A stretch of 64,000 nt of DNA from the human T2T-CHM13v2.0 reference genome, Homo sapiens: NCBI RefSeq assembly GCF_009914755.1, contig NC_060939.1. One strand, written 5' to 3'. The position numbers and the translations under genes were made by a program. Shown here piece after piece: positions 32,775-54,565 of this stretch (positions are counted from its first letter, which is position 1; every line of letters starts with the position of its first letter). The notes beneath the pieces are model-generated. The model had not been told where the DNA came from. It saw only the letters and a list, made by a program, of their open reading frames with translations, and did not search any database.

Positions 32775-34397
32775 TAGCAGAATTGTTTCCTAAAGAAATC
32801 CACTTGATCACGGCCGTCCCTGTGAGAATTGTGTGCACTCTGTAACATCCTTGGTCGTGGTAGTCTTGTTTTCCTAGTAACTTTGTTAACGTGCTGTGAA
32901 AGATTGAAAATTTGAGTATGTGGTGTATTTGCTGTTCAGTTGTGTATTGGTGGGATGTTTGTAACAGCTTATCCACATGTGAAAATACTGGTACTTGATA
33001 GCCTCTTAAGGAAAATTTACCTCCAAATTTTAAGCTGGAAAGTCACTGGAATAACTTTTAAAAAGAATTACAATACATGGCTTTTTAGATTTTCAGTACA
33101 TATGATAAGAACTGTGTGCAAACTGAAATGTCTGTGTATTGAGCCTCAACACAACCAATAAAATCTCAATTATGGAAGAGTGTTTTGAAGCACATGGAAA
33201 AAAACAAACAAACAAATCTCCTTGTTGTGACCATTTCACACTTGGGAGGATGAGGCACAGAGACCCTGCCCATTGGCTGTTTGCTCAGGGATGGACCTGC
33301 TGGACGCCTTGCTTAGCGTCTGAGAGCAAAGAGAGTAAATCCGGGCTGGGGCACTGGCTCCTCTGAGGAGAAACCCCACTGGAGCTGTGAGCTTCGGGCA
33401 GCTCCTGGCTCCTGGCACTCCCCTCCAGCCCAGCCAGCAGGCCTGGACCCAGGAGTAAGCACTCACAAGCACGCAGCACCGGAAGCTGCTTGCAGCCTCC
33501 CAGGGGACCTTTCAGGCTGAGCTGCTTTTGAAGAGAGGAGAGCCTGAGGAAGAAGAGGTCATGGGGCTTTTTGTAGGGAAAAACATAACTACACATTTAA
33601 CTACCAATGATGCTTCCCCATTAGCTCAGGCTGGCCAGCTCTCCCTGGCCCCCAGCCCTTGCGCCAATCCCCACTAGGCTGGTTGGCCCAGAGCACGGGC
33701 AGGGAGAGTTCCTTCCCAGTGTGGCAATGAGATCCAGACTTGGGATCTCACATTCTCAGGGAGGCCAGTCCTGAGGCCTTGGCAGGGACCACTGCAGCTG
33801 CCCATCTCCAGCAAGGCCATCAAAAGGCGGTGAGGCGTGGGAGCCGGCCCTCGGAGGGGCCACCACAGGACCTGCCAGGCTGCCATCAGGTCTTGGCAGG
33901 AAGAGAAAATGTTTTTGCTCTTATAGAGGGTGCAGAGAAAGGCAGCATGGCCGGGCAGGCCAACTCCTGCCAGTCTTCAGGGGGTGTGGAACAAAGCCCT
34001 TTTTTCTCCAGGTCCTCGGACCCTCTGCCAGGCCGGACCATTGGTTAGTTCCTTCCCAGTTCCCTTGGCACCAGGAGATGTGGCAGTCAGAGCTGCCCAG
34101 GGCTCATTGAGGAGAGGCCCTGAATGGGCACATCCAGGGGGCCCAGGCCAGCTGACGCTCCCTCGCAGTCAGAGCCTCCCCGCTTAGGAGAGGCACGGGC
34201 TGTGCATTCAAAGAGACCTGCATTCACCAGCTAGGCTTCATAAGCCGAACCTCAGAGTCCTCTCATTTAAAATAACGAGGATGGGGTATATTGTTAATAA
34301 AAAAGGCAAGGTGCAGAATGCATGTATAGCGTGCCACCAATCGAGGCAGGAGATGGAGAGACATAACATTTACACACATTTACTTGTGTATGCATAA

Positions 34398-35013
<616 letters not shown>

Positions 35014-35189
35014 GTGTGAATTGTTTAAATTATATATATTTAAAATGAGATTTCAATGAAGAAAAACAAAGGTAACAGTGAGGACCTGCCTCAATTGCTT
35101 TGAGAATAAAATGAGCTAACATAGATGACAGCAGGGCACCCTGCATGCAGGCCCTCAGGAAGTGGTGTAGAGCCTTAGGGGTTACAGGT

Positions 35190-35570
35190 CCATATGGTTT
35201 GGATTTCTGTCCCCACCCAAATCTCATGTGGAATTGTAATTGCCAACGTTGGAGGTGGGGTCTGGTGAGAGGTGACTGATCATGGGAGCGGATTTCACCC
35301 TTGCTGGTCTCATGATAGTGAGTTCTCACGAGATTTAATGGTTTAAACATGTGTGGCACTTCCCCCTTCACTCTGTCTCTCTCCTGCCGCCATGAGAAGA
35401 AGGTGCTTTGCTTCCCCTTCGCCTTCTGTCATGACTGTAAGTTTCCTGAGTCCTCCCCAGCCATGTTTCCTATACAGCCTACGGACCCGTGAGCCAATTA
35501 AACCTCTTTTCTTTATAAATTACCCAGTTTCAGGTCTTTCTTTATAGCAGTGGGAGAACAGACTAATACA
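35190..35570 (+). mobile_element. MSTA MaLR LTR
   Basis: TATGGTTTGGATTTCTGTCCCCACCCAAATCTCATG...GACTAATACA. Confidence 0.85.
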
Positions 35571-36784
35571 CAGGCAGCGCATGCACTGGCTCATGCTGCT
35601 GAGCGAGGAAGGGTGCAGAGCAGGCACAGTGCATCCTGCAGTGCAGATGGGAACCTGAGGTCTAGAAGGAACCTGCCCAAGGTCACACAGATGGAAGTGA
35701 TAAAGGATGCATCTTGAACATGAGTCCCATTCCCAGGGCTGAGAACATTTGTAGAAACTAGAAAAACTATTAGGATCTTTGGAGACCTGAGTGCCAGGTG
35801 AAAATCAGACTCTCCCAGGATAATGAGACTTTCAAGTCCAGCCTTCAGAAGAGCAAAGGATGCGGGTCTTGACTGATCAGGGCAGGGACTTTGGACTGGG
35901 GCCTGAGACAATGAGGCTGGATGTCAGAACCTAGCCTCCTGCTGGAGCAGATCAACCCCAAGAGGCCCATCTGCCAAGGGAACACATGTTCCTGGTCTGT
36001 GGTTTCTCCTCCCAGCCCCAAGCTTGGCATCTGCTGGAGATGAATCCCTTTTCAAAATGCACCCAGCCTCTTACCTCCCCAGCAGACTTCTCCTTCACTA
36101 ACATTGCATGCCACCCTGTGCTAGGTATTCAGCCAGGCCATGGGAACACCAAGAGGTCTAAGGAATCCCTCAGAGCTTCTAGTTTAATCAGAAGATATGT
36201 CAGGCAGTTTTGGATAATAATCCCGAAAGACAAAACCCTGAATGTTGAAATCCTAAAAGATCAAAATCCATAAATTCTAAAATCCTGAAAATCACTATCA
36301 CAGATCATGTTAGGTGGAACTATTACCTTGTTACTGTCTTTATTTGGAAATGAAGCACAGCTCAAGGAGATGCATATGGGTTCCGAGTTCACAAAGGGTG
36401 GATGTGTGAACCTAATTTAGTTCTGTGAAAATAGAAAATCACTTAATTGCAATGGCCAGGCAATAACCAGACTTTCAAATAAACAGCATATACTTAAAAA
36501 ATTTGTAGGCCAGAACCACTTTCCAAATGCAATTGCAGCAAATGTTTTGAAGATGATAGAAGTGAAACTGCTGGCAAAAAAAAAAAAAATGCAAGAAATC
36601 TCCTCTACCGAATTATTGAATCATGTAGGACTTCTGCCCCTTCACACATCATGCCATGCTTGCTTTCAAAAAATGTGCTTCATCAGGGAGTAAAAAGAAT
36701 CCAACAAGCTCAGCGACCTCTGAACCAAAGATGCTCGCTGATACTGAGGCTTCTCCAGCAAAACACATTAAATGGTGAGCTAGT

Positions 36785-37110
<326 letters not shown>

Positions 37111-37219
37111 TGATTAGGGGTTTGACTGTTGAAGAAGATAGAATTTTTATGTTTATCACTAACTCTAACATTAAAAAAAACTTGCACATACTTCACTTTG
37201 GCGAATAAATAGGACTTTC

Positions 37220-37539
<320 letters not shown>

Positions 37540-38119
37540 TAAATGGGACTTTCAAAACTGTCACTCATTTTTTTTTTAAATCAACTATATACAATTCATG
37601 CCCCTGTTGGGTCTGAAAACCCTAGAACTTATCCACTTGTTTATGTATTAATGACTGAAAAAAGTGATGCAATTTATAAAAGTTTATTTGAAGATTTGGT
37701 GAACTATGCAGAAGAAAATGGATTTCAATTGAATCCCCAAACCATAATGACAGATTTGGAATTAGGTGTGATCAAGGTTACTAAAAGTGAATTTCAAGGT
37801 GTTTCCAATAAAGTTTGTTTTTTTTCCATTCAGTCCAGTGCATTTGGTGGAAAACTCAGATGAGTGGACTGGCCAAGCAATATGGCAACAACAATAACTT
37901 CAGTTTAAGAAGGCATAATTTGTCTACATTGATGTTCCTTCCAGCTGATGACATTCCAAGAGTGTTTGATGAATTAAAGGCATATTTACCTGAAGAAGCT
38001 AACAAAGTTACTGAATCGTTGTAAAATAATTATGTGCCTGGTAGAATAATAAGACACCTATGCAACAATGTTGCTATTCAATCACTAGTATTGTTTCCAC
38101 CAAATTTGGGGCCCCTTTA

Positions 38120-38550
<431 letters not shown>

Positions 38551-38611
38551 TCAGCATATATCAAACCAGAAGAATTTCAAAAAGAGCAGTGCTACGTGGA
38601 AAATGAAGGTG

Positions 38612-40046
38612 GGGACAGAACCTGAATCCTGTCCCCTTTCTTTCCTCCCGAGACAACATGAGCTTCATCTCTCATTCCACCACCTTCTCCACCAACTACT
38701 GGTCGCTGAGCTCTGTCACCCAGGCACAGTGTCTGGCTCACGAGCAGCGTGGCCAGTGTCTATGCAGGTGCTGGGGGCTTATTCTCCTGGATCTTCATGT
38801 CCTGCTCCACCAGCTTCCAAGGAGGCTGGGAGTCCGGGGACCTGGCTGCAGGGATGGCCAAGGGTCTGGCGGGAATGGGGGGCATCCAGAGCAAAAAGGA
38901 AACATGCAAGGCCTGAATGACTGCCTGGTCTCCCACCTGGACAGAGCGAGGAGCCTGCAGACCAAGAATCAGAGGCTCAAGAGCAAAATCTGGAAACACC
39001 TGGCATAGAAGGGACCCCAGGTCAGAGACTAGGGGCATTACTTCAAGACCATCAAGAACCTAAGGGCTCAGATAATTCTGTGGACAATGCCTGCATCATT
39101 TTTCAGGCTGAAAATGCCCGTCTTGCTGCTGATGACTTTAGAGTCAAGTATGAGACACAGCTGGCCATGCGCCAGTCTGTGGAGAGTGACATCCATGAGA
39201 TCTGCGAGGTCGTTGATGTCACTTGGCTGCAGCCAGAGACAGAGATCAAGGCTCTCAAGGAGGAGCTGCTCTTCATGGAGAAGAACCATGAAGAGGAAGT
39301 AAAAGACCTACAAGCCCAGATTGCCAGCTGTGGGTTAATCGTGGAGGTAGATGCCCCCAGATCTCGGTACATCAGCAAGATCAGGGCAGACATCCAGTCC
39401 CAGTATGACGAGCTGGCTCAGAAGAACCGAGAGGAGCTGGACAAGTACTGGTCCCAGCAGACTGAGGAGGGCACCACAGTGGTCACCACGCAGTCCGCTT
39501 AGATGTAAATGTCATCTTAGCAGTCCATGGAGCTGCTAAGATGATGCTCACGGAGCTGAGACATACACTTCAGTCCTTAGAGATTGACCTGGACTCAATA
39601 TCTGAAGGCCAGCTTGGAGAACAGCCTGAGGGTGGTGGAGGTTCACTACACCATGCAGAGGGAGCAGCTCAATGGGGTCCTGCTGCACTTGGAGTCAGAG
39701 TCGGCACAGACCCAGACAGAGGGGCAGCACCAGACCCAAGAGTACGAGGCCCTGATGAACATCAAGGTCAAGCTGGAAGCTGAGTTCACCACCTACCACT
39801 GCCTGCTGGAAGACAGGGAGGACTTCATTCTCGGTGATGCCCTGTACAGCAGCAACTCCATACAAACCATCCAAAAGAGCACCATCGGCAGGCTGGTGGA
39901 TGGCAAAGTGGGGTCTGAGACCAATGACACCAAAGTTCTGAGGCGTTGAGCCAGCAGAAGCAGGTAACTTTTGGGAAGCAGGAGGCCAATAAAAAGTTCA
40001 GAGGTCATTGGTCTGAAAAAAAAAAAAAAAAAAAGAAAGAAAGAAA
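38612..40046 (+). pseudogene. KRT18: KRT18 processed pseudogene (stops and frameshifts)
   Basis: MSF..STTFSTNY start at 38658, ARLAADDFRVKYET, DGKVGSETNDTKVLR* ending 39949, AATAAA at 39988, poly(A), 13-bp TSD GAAAATGAAGGTG at 38599-38611 / 40047-40059. Confidence 0.97.
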
Positions 40047-40948
40047 GAAAATGAAGGTGAACATATTCTCCAAGGAGAGCCATGTCCTAAAAGAAAAAAA
40101 GCAGCTCTTCATTGTGATATAAGACTTCAAAATATGGTTAATGATTGTGAAAGTCAACCAATGCAATTGCCCGTAATCTGTCCCTACAACACACTTTCAT
40201 ATGTTGAATTTTCTTCTTTGTTTTGTTCATTTTTTCACTTTTTTCTTTTAAATTTTTTTACTTTTAAAGTTTTTAAAATTGGAACATAATAATTGTACAT
40301 ATTTATAGGGTACATAGTGATGCTGTGATACATACACTGTATAGTAATCAGATCAGGGTAATTAGCGTATCTATCATCTCAAACATTTATCATTTCTTTG
40401 TATTGAGAACATTCAGAGTTCTCCTTCCAGCTATTTGAAACTATATAATATATATTGTTGTTGGCTATAGTCATTCTACAGTGATATAGAGTACTAGAAT
40501 TTATTCCTCCTATCTGGCTGTGATTTTGTATCATTTAACAAATCTCTCCCTATGGCTCCTTTCCCCTTACCCTTTCTAGCCTCTGTTTTACTTTTCTTTC
40601 TAGGAGACCAACTTTTTTTTTTAGCTTCCACATATGAGTGAGAATATGCAGTATCTAACTCTGTTTCTAGCTTACTTCATTTAACATGATGCCCTCCAGT
40701 TCCATCCAAATTGCCAACAAATGACAGGATTTCATTCTTTTTTATGGATGAGTTATATTCCACTATGTACATATACCACATTTTCTTTATCAACTAATCT
40801 GTTGTTGGACACCTAAGTTGATTCTATATCTGGGCTATTGTGAATAATACTGCAATAAGTGTGAGGGTGCAGGTGTCCCTTCTATATACCAATTTCCTTT
40901 CCTTTGGATAAATGTCCAGTAGTGAAATCACTGGATCATGATAGTTCC

Positions 40949-41241
40949 TTTTTTTTTTTTGAGACAGAGTCTTGCTCTGTCACCCAGTCTGGGGTGCAGT
41001 GACACAATCTCGGCTCACTGAAACCTCCACCTTCTGGGCTCAAGTGATCCTCCTGCCTCAATGTCCCAAGTAGCTGGGATTACAGACGCCTGCCACCACA
41101 CCTAGCTACTTTTGGTATTTTGGGTAGAGACAGGGCTTCGTCATGTTGCCCAGCTGGTCTTGAACTCCTGCGCTCAGGGGATCCATCTATCTCAGCCTCC
41201 CTAAGTGCTGGAATTATAGTCATGAGCCACCATGCCAAGCC
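40949..41241 (-). repeat. Alu (J/old S)
   Basis: Alu consensus match. Confidence 0.9.
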
Positions 41242-41454
41242 TTGTATAATAGGTCTATTTATAGTTTTTTGAGATACCTCCATGTTATTCTCCATAGTGG
41301 TTGTACTTGTTTACATTCCCACCCACAGTGTATAAGAATTCCCTTTTCTCAGTATTCTCACCAGCATTTGTTATCTTCGTCTTTTTGATCATAGTCTTCC
41401 TAACTGGGGTGAGATGATACCTTATCATGGTTTTGATTTGCATACACCTGATGA

Positions 41455-41812
<358 letters not shown>

Positions 41813-42275
41813 TTTTTTCATATATTTGTTGACCATTTGTATGTCTTCTTTTGAGAAAAGTCTGTTCAGATCATTTGCCCGTTTTTAGTTAGATTGTTTT
41901 TTTTGCTATTGAGATGTTTGAGTTCCTTGTATATACTGAATATTAATCCCCTGTCAGATGAAAGGTTTGCAAATATTTACTCCCATTCTTCTGCAGGATA
42001 TCCTTTGCTGTGCAGATGCTTTTCCATTTGATATAAACCCATTTGTTTATTTTTACTTTTGTTGCCTGTGCTTTTGAAGTCTTCTTGTTCATAAAATCTT
42101 TTCCTTAAACAATATCCTAAAGCATTTCCCTTATATTTCCCTCTAGTTGTGTTAAAGTTTTGGGTCTTACCTTTAGGTCTTTGATCTATTTTGAGTTTAT
42201 TTGTGTACGGGGCAAGAGAAGGGGATCTGGTTTTATTCTTCATATGGATATCCAGTTTTCCTAGCACCATTTATT

Positions 42276-42435
42276 CTCTTCTGTATACCAATTTCCTTTC
42301 CTTTGGATAAATGTCCAGTAGTGAAATCACTGGATCATATGACAGTTCCTTTTTTTTTTTTTTTTTTTTTTTTGAGACAGAGTCTTGCTCTGTCACCCAG
42401 TCTGGAGTGCAGTGACACAATCTCAGCTCACTGAA
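42276..42435 (+). other. Templated insertion copied from 40877-41022
   Basis: Near-identical L1/Alu junction sequence sharing private Alu variants. Confidence 0.9.
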
Positions 42436-42652
42436 GAGCTGTCCTTTCTCTGATGTATGTTCTCTGACTTTGTCAAAAATCAGTTGGCTATAGATATGTG
42501 GATTAATTACTGGGTTCTCTATTCTGTTCCATTGGTCTGTGTTTCTGTTTTTATGCCAGTACCATGCTGTTTCGGTTACTACAGCTTTGTGGTATATTTT
42601 GAAGTCTGGTAGTATGATACCTCCACCTTTGTTCTTTTGTCTATTTGAGGTC

Positions 42653-43039
42653 TGATATAGTTTGGCTCTGTGTGCCCACCCAAATCTCATGTCAAATTGT
42701 AATCCCCATGGGTCAGGGAAGGGACCTAGGGAAGTTGATTAGATCATGGGGGTGGATTTCCCCCTTGCTGTTCTCGTGATAGTGAGTTCTAATGAGATCT
42801 GATGGTTTAAAAGTGTGTGGCATTTCCGCCCTCACACTCTCAATCTCTCTCTCCTGACACCACGGGAAGAAGGCGCTTGCTTCTGCTTTGCCTTCTGCCA
42901 TGCTTGTAAGTTTTCTGAGGCCTCCCAATCATGCTTCCTGTTTAGCCTGTGGAACTGTGAGTCAATTAAACCTCTTTTATTCATAAATTACTTAGACTCA
43001 GGTAGTTCTTTATAGCAATGTGAGAACAGACTAATAACA
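42653..43039 (+). mobile_element. MSTA MaLR LTR inside L1
   Basis: TGATATAGTTTGG...GACTAATAACA; flanks AGGTC/GGGTC. Confidence 0.85.
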
Positions 43040-43378
43040 GGGTCTTTGTGGTTTCATGTAAATTTTAGGATTTCTTTTTCTATTTCTGTGAAGGATGTCA
43101 TTGGTATTTTCATAGGGACTGCATTGAACCTCTAGATTGCTTTGGTTAGTATGGTCATTTTAACAATATTAATTCTTTCAATCCATAAACGTGGCATATT
43201 TTGTTTGTATCCTCTTCAGTTTCTTTCATTAGTGTTTTCTAGTTTTCCTGGTAGAGTTCTTTCACCTTATTGGTTAAATCCCTAGGTATTTTGCATGTAT
43301 GTGTAGCTACTGTTAATGGGACTGCTTTCTTTATTTTTTTTCAGGCAATTCATTATTTGTTTATAGAAACGCTACTGA

Positions 43379-43779
<401 letters not shown>

Positions 43780-44248
43780 TAGGGTTTTTTAATATATGAG
43801 ATCGTGTCATCTGCAAAGAGGGAAAATTTTATTTCCTCCTTTCCAAATTGGGTGCCCTTTGTTTTTTTCTCTGGCCTAAATGCTCTGGCTAGGACTTCCA
43901 GCACTGTGTATAATAAGAGTGGTGAGAGTGAGCATCTTTGTCTTGTACCAGTTCATAGAGGATAAGCTTTGAGTTCTTCTCTATTCACTGTGATGTTAGC
44001 TGTGAGTTTATCATATTTGGCCTTTATTAGGTTGAGTGACATTCTTTCAGTGCCTAATTTGTTGAGTTGTTATCATGAAGGGATGTTGAATTTTATCAAA
44101 TACTGTTTTTTGCATCTATTGAAATGATCATATGGTTTTTGTCCTTTATTCTGCTGATGTAATGTATCACATTTATTGATTTGTATGTTAAACCATCCTT
44201 GCATTCCTGGGATAAACCCCCACTTGATCGTGTCATATTATCTTTTAT

Positions 44249-44548
<300 letters not shown>

Positions 44549-45092
44549 TGTATTATCTTTTTGATATGTTGTTGAATTCAGTTTGCTAGTATTTTATTGA
44601 GGAATTTTTGCATCAATGTTTATCAGGGACTTTGGCCTGTAGTTTTCCTTTTTTGTTGTGACATTATCTAAATTTGGTATCAGGGTTATGCTGGCCTTGT
44701 TAAATGAGTTATGAAAAATTCCCTCCACTTGAATTTTTTGGAGTCATTTGAGAATAATTGTTATTAATTCTTCTTTAAAGGTTCAGTAGAATTCAGAAGT
44801 GAAATCATCCAGTCCTGGATTTTTCTTTGTTGGGAGACTTTTTATTACTGACTCAATCTTATTACTTGTTATTGGTCTGTTCAGGTTTTCTATTTCTCCT
44901 TGGTTTAATCTTGGTAGGTTGTATGTGTCCAGGAAATTATCCCTTTCCTCTATGTTTTTTAATTTATTGGCATATATTTGTTCATATTAGTCCCTAATGA
45001 TCCTTATTTCTGTGGTATCCATTATGACATCTCCTTTTTCATTTCTGTTTTTATTCATGTATCCTCTCATTTTTTCTTCATCTAGCGAATAG

Positions 45093-45458
<366 letters not shown>

Positions 45459-45667
45459 TGTATTATTTCTTTAGTCTCAATTTTCTTTATTTCTGCTCTG
45501 ATCTTTATTATTTCTTTCCTTCTAGTTTTGAGTCTGGCTTGTTCGTGCTTTTCTAGTTCCTTGAGTTGCATTATTAGGTGGTTTCTTTGAAATCTTTCTA
45601 GCTTTTTGATGTAGACCTTTATTGCTATCAACTTGCCTCTTAATAGTTTTTCTGCTGAGTCCCATAG

Positions 45668-46001
<334 letters not shown>

Positions 46002-46033
46002 TTGGTATGTTGTGTTTTTATTTGTTGCAATAA

Positions 46034-46362
<329 letters not shown>

Positions 46363-46371
46363 TTAAGTTCC

Positions 46372-47697
<1,326 letters not shown>

Positions 47698-47914
47698 ATT
47701 AAATTTCATTCTTAACGTCTTCCTTTACCCACTGATCATTCAGGAGCATGTCATTTAATTTCCATATATTTGTATAATTTTGAGTGATTTTCTTTTTATT
47801 GATTTCAAGTTTTATTCCCTGTATTCAGATAAGACACTGGTACAATTTCAATTTTTAAAACATTTTTGAGACTTGTTTTGTGTCCTAACATGTGGTCAAT
47901 CCTGGAGACTGTTA

Positions 47915-48618
<704 letters not shown>

Positions 48619-49785
48619 CCTATGATGTAGTTTAAGTCCAATGTTTCTTTGTTGATTTTCCATCTAGATGATCTGTCCGATGCTGACAGTGGCGTATTGA
48701 AGTCCTCAACTGTCATTGTACTGATGTCTATCTCTCCCTGTAAGTCTAATAATATTTGCTTTACATATCTGGGTGTTCTGGTGTTCGGTGCATATATATT
48801 TACAACTATTATAGTCTGTTGCTGAATTGATCCCTTTATTATTATATAATGTTCTTCTTTGTATCTTTTTACAGCTTTTGACTTGAAATCTGTTTTGTCT
48901 GATATAAGTATAGCTACTCCTGTTTGCTTGTGGTTTCCATTTGCATGGAATATCTTTTTTTATTCCTTTACTTTCAACCTATGTGTGTCTTTACAGGTGA
49001 GGTGAGTTTGTTGTAGGTAGCATATAGTTGGGTCTTGTCTTTTTTATCCTTTCAGACAGTCTATATCTTTTAAATTGAGAATTGATTTTGTTTACATTCA
49101 GGGTTAGGTTATTATTGATAGATAAGGACTTACTCTTCTCATTTTATTTATTGTTTTCTGGTTGTTTTATATATCCTTTGTTCCTTACTTCCTCTCATAT
49201 TGTTTATTTTTATGGTTGGGTGGTTTTCTGTAACAGTAAGATTTTAGTCCATTCTCTTTCTCTTTTCTATATCAGCCTTACCAATGAGTTTTGTAGTTTC
49301 ATACGCATCATGGTGGTTGTTACCTTTTCACTTCCAGATGCAAGACTCTCTTGAGTATCTCTTTTGAGGTCAGTCTAGTGGTGATGAATCCCCTTAGTTT
49401 TTGCTTGTCTGTGAAAGATTTTATTTCTCCTTCATTTCTGAAGGATAGCTAATCTGAGTATAATATTCTTGGCTGGCAGGTTTTTGTTCTTTCAGTACTT
49501 TGAATATATCATCCCATTCTCTCCCAGCCTGTAAGGTTTCTACTAAGAAATCCACTGTTAGTCTAATGGCGGTTGCCTTATATGTGACTTGATGCTTTTC
49601 TCTTGCTGCTTGTAGAATTCTGTCTTTGTCTTTGACTTTTGGTAATTTTACTATACTGTGCCACAGAGAGGACCTGTTTGGATTGAATCTATTTAGGGTT
49701 CTTTGAGCTTCCTGTACCTGGATGTTCATCTCTCTCTCAAGACTTGAGAAATTTTTAGCTAGTATTTCAAAATAAAGCTAAAATA

Positions 49786-50037
49786 GCCGCCGAGCCGCAC
49801 CCACCCAGAACTCGCGCTGGCCCGCGAGTGCCACGTGCAGCCCCAGTTCCTGCCCACACCTCTCCCTCACACCTCCCCACAAGCAGAGAGAGCCGGCTCC
49901 GGCCTCGGCCAGCCCAGAGAGGGGCTCCCAGAGTGCAGCAGCGGGCTGAAGGGCTCCTCAAGCGTGGCCAGAGCGGACGCCGAGGCCAAGGAGGTGCTGA
50001 GAGGGAGCGAGGGCTGCTAGCACATTGTCACATCTCA
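49786..50037 (-). mobile_element. LTR12 (ERV9; LTR12D-like) 5' 250-bp fragment
   Basis: Reverse complement begins TGAGATGTGACAATGTGCTAGCAGCCCTCGCTC; CpG-rich. Confidence 0.85.
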
Positions 50038-50104
50038 GCACCACTGCACTCCATCCTGGGCGACAGAGCGAGACTCCATCTCAAAAAAAAAAAAAGAAGA
50101 AGAA
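50038..50104 (+). repeat. Alu 3' fragment abutting the LTR12 terminus
   Basis: GCACCACTGCACTCCA..TCTCAAAA. Confidence 0.9.
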
Positions 50105-50110
50105 GGGCCC

Positions 50111-50812
<702 letters not shown>

Positions 50813-51111
50813 GGCCCTATGAGCTGGTGAAACTTAAACTGGTCCTTGAAGCAGAGAAAAAAGAAGAGGGTCTTCCAAGGGGGAGGATCAGTAATAGCCA
50901 AGGCAGGAGGCAGGTATGAGTTCCGTATGTTTAGAGTCCTAGTTCAGCTAGAGCAGAAAGACTTGCCTGAGGTCATGATGGGAGAAGAGGCTGAAAGGCT
51001 GAAAGCTCAAGGGGCCTTAAGGTCCTGGCAATGGGAAGCCATGAGTCATGCCTTGGTAGGATGGCTTGGGAAGGACCAGAGAGGGAAGCAGGATGCCAGC
51101 TTGGAAACTAA

Positions 51112-51667
<556 letters not shown>

Positions 51668-51669
51668 GT

Positions 51670-52208
51670 GAGAAAGCACTCCACAGGGTGGGAGTGGGCT
51701 GGAGCAAGTGGCTGAAGGGCCCAGTTACAAAGTTTTCTGGGTGTTAAATACTCCATTTGAGGTCCCTGTCAGCTACTCCTGATCTGGATGAAGGATTTGG
51801 CCTGTGGCTAATTAAAGGCTGAGGTGAACTGGCGCCCCTTGCAGATGAAGGGATGGCCCGTGCTTGGCCTGCTGCCAATTCAAGGCACTCTCTCTTTCCA
51901 TCTGAGACGTGGTGGAAGGGGGAGGGGTGTAGGGAGAGTAGCCTTTGACCCTTTGCTACTCAGGTGGTGGTTGGGGGCGGGGGTGGGGTTCCTTTTGGTT
52001 CAGCTGTAGGAAGTTGGTGTTAACTGCATTTAGGGTCCCTGCCCCAGACCCAGGTGTTTTTCCCTTTTGATGCAGCTTTAGGAAATTATCGTGAATTGGT
52101 CTCAGATTCCCTGCCCCCAGACCTTGTGTTTTCCCTCGATTCAGCTTTAGGAAGTCAGCACCAACTGGCCTTAAGTTGCCTGCTTCCAGACCCTATTCTC
52201 CTGCCTCA
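51670..52208 (-). mobile_element. MER51-family LTR (3' end missing)
   Basis: Reverse complement begins TGAGGCAGGAGAATAGGGTCTGGAAGCAGG; three ~70-bp U3 repeats. Confidence 0.7.
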
Positions 52209-52853
<645 letters not shown>

Positions 52854-52915
52854 ATGAACATTCAAAATCCTCCCTTCTAGCTTTATGAAAATATTAAATA
52901 TATATATATATAGTT

Positions 52916-53297
<382 letters not shown>

Positions 53298-53343
53298 CTA
53301 GCGGTAATTTTGTATCCATTAACCAACCTCTCACCGTCTGCCC

Positions 53344-54033
<690 letters not shown>

Positions 54034-54565
54034 AACATCCTCCAGGCTCACTCATATGGCCACAAATGACAGGATGTCATTCTTTTTTATGACTGAATGG
54101 CATTCTATTATGAATATATACCACATTTGCTTTATCCATTAATCTGTTGTTGGAAACCTATGGTGACTCCATATCTGAGCTATTGTGAATAGTGCTGCAA
54201 TAAATATGAGGGTGCAGGTGTCTCTTCAATATACTGACTTCCTTTCCCTTAGATAAATGCCCAGCACTGGGATTGCTGGATCATATGATAATTCCATTTT
54301 CAGATTTTGAGGAAACCCCCATACTGTTTTTTATAGTGGCTATAATAATTTACATTTCCACCAACCATCTATAAGAGTTCCCTTTTCTCAGAATTCTCAC
54401 AGCATTTATTTTTTGTCTTTTAGTAATAGCCATTTAACTGGGGTGGGATAACGTCTCATTGTGATTTTGATTTGCATTTTTTTGGTAATTAGTGTTGTTG
54501 AGCATTTTTTCACATATCTGTTGGCCATTTGTATGTCTTCTTTTGAGAAATGTCTATCCATGTTC

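Noticed and set aside
34069-34090. Possible CTCF site CACCAGGAGATGTGGCAG
   Set aside because: Two extra bases break the core spacing
37543-38024. Domesticated MULE gene
   Set aside because: First catalytic Asp mutated; frameshifts, stops and multiple insertions
38658-39949. Functional keratin gene
   Set aside because: In-frame stops (e.g. 39006 and 39500), frameshifts, no introns, poly(A) and TSD: a processed pseudogene
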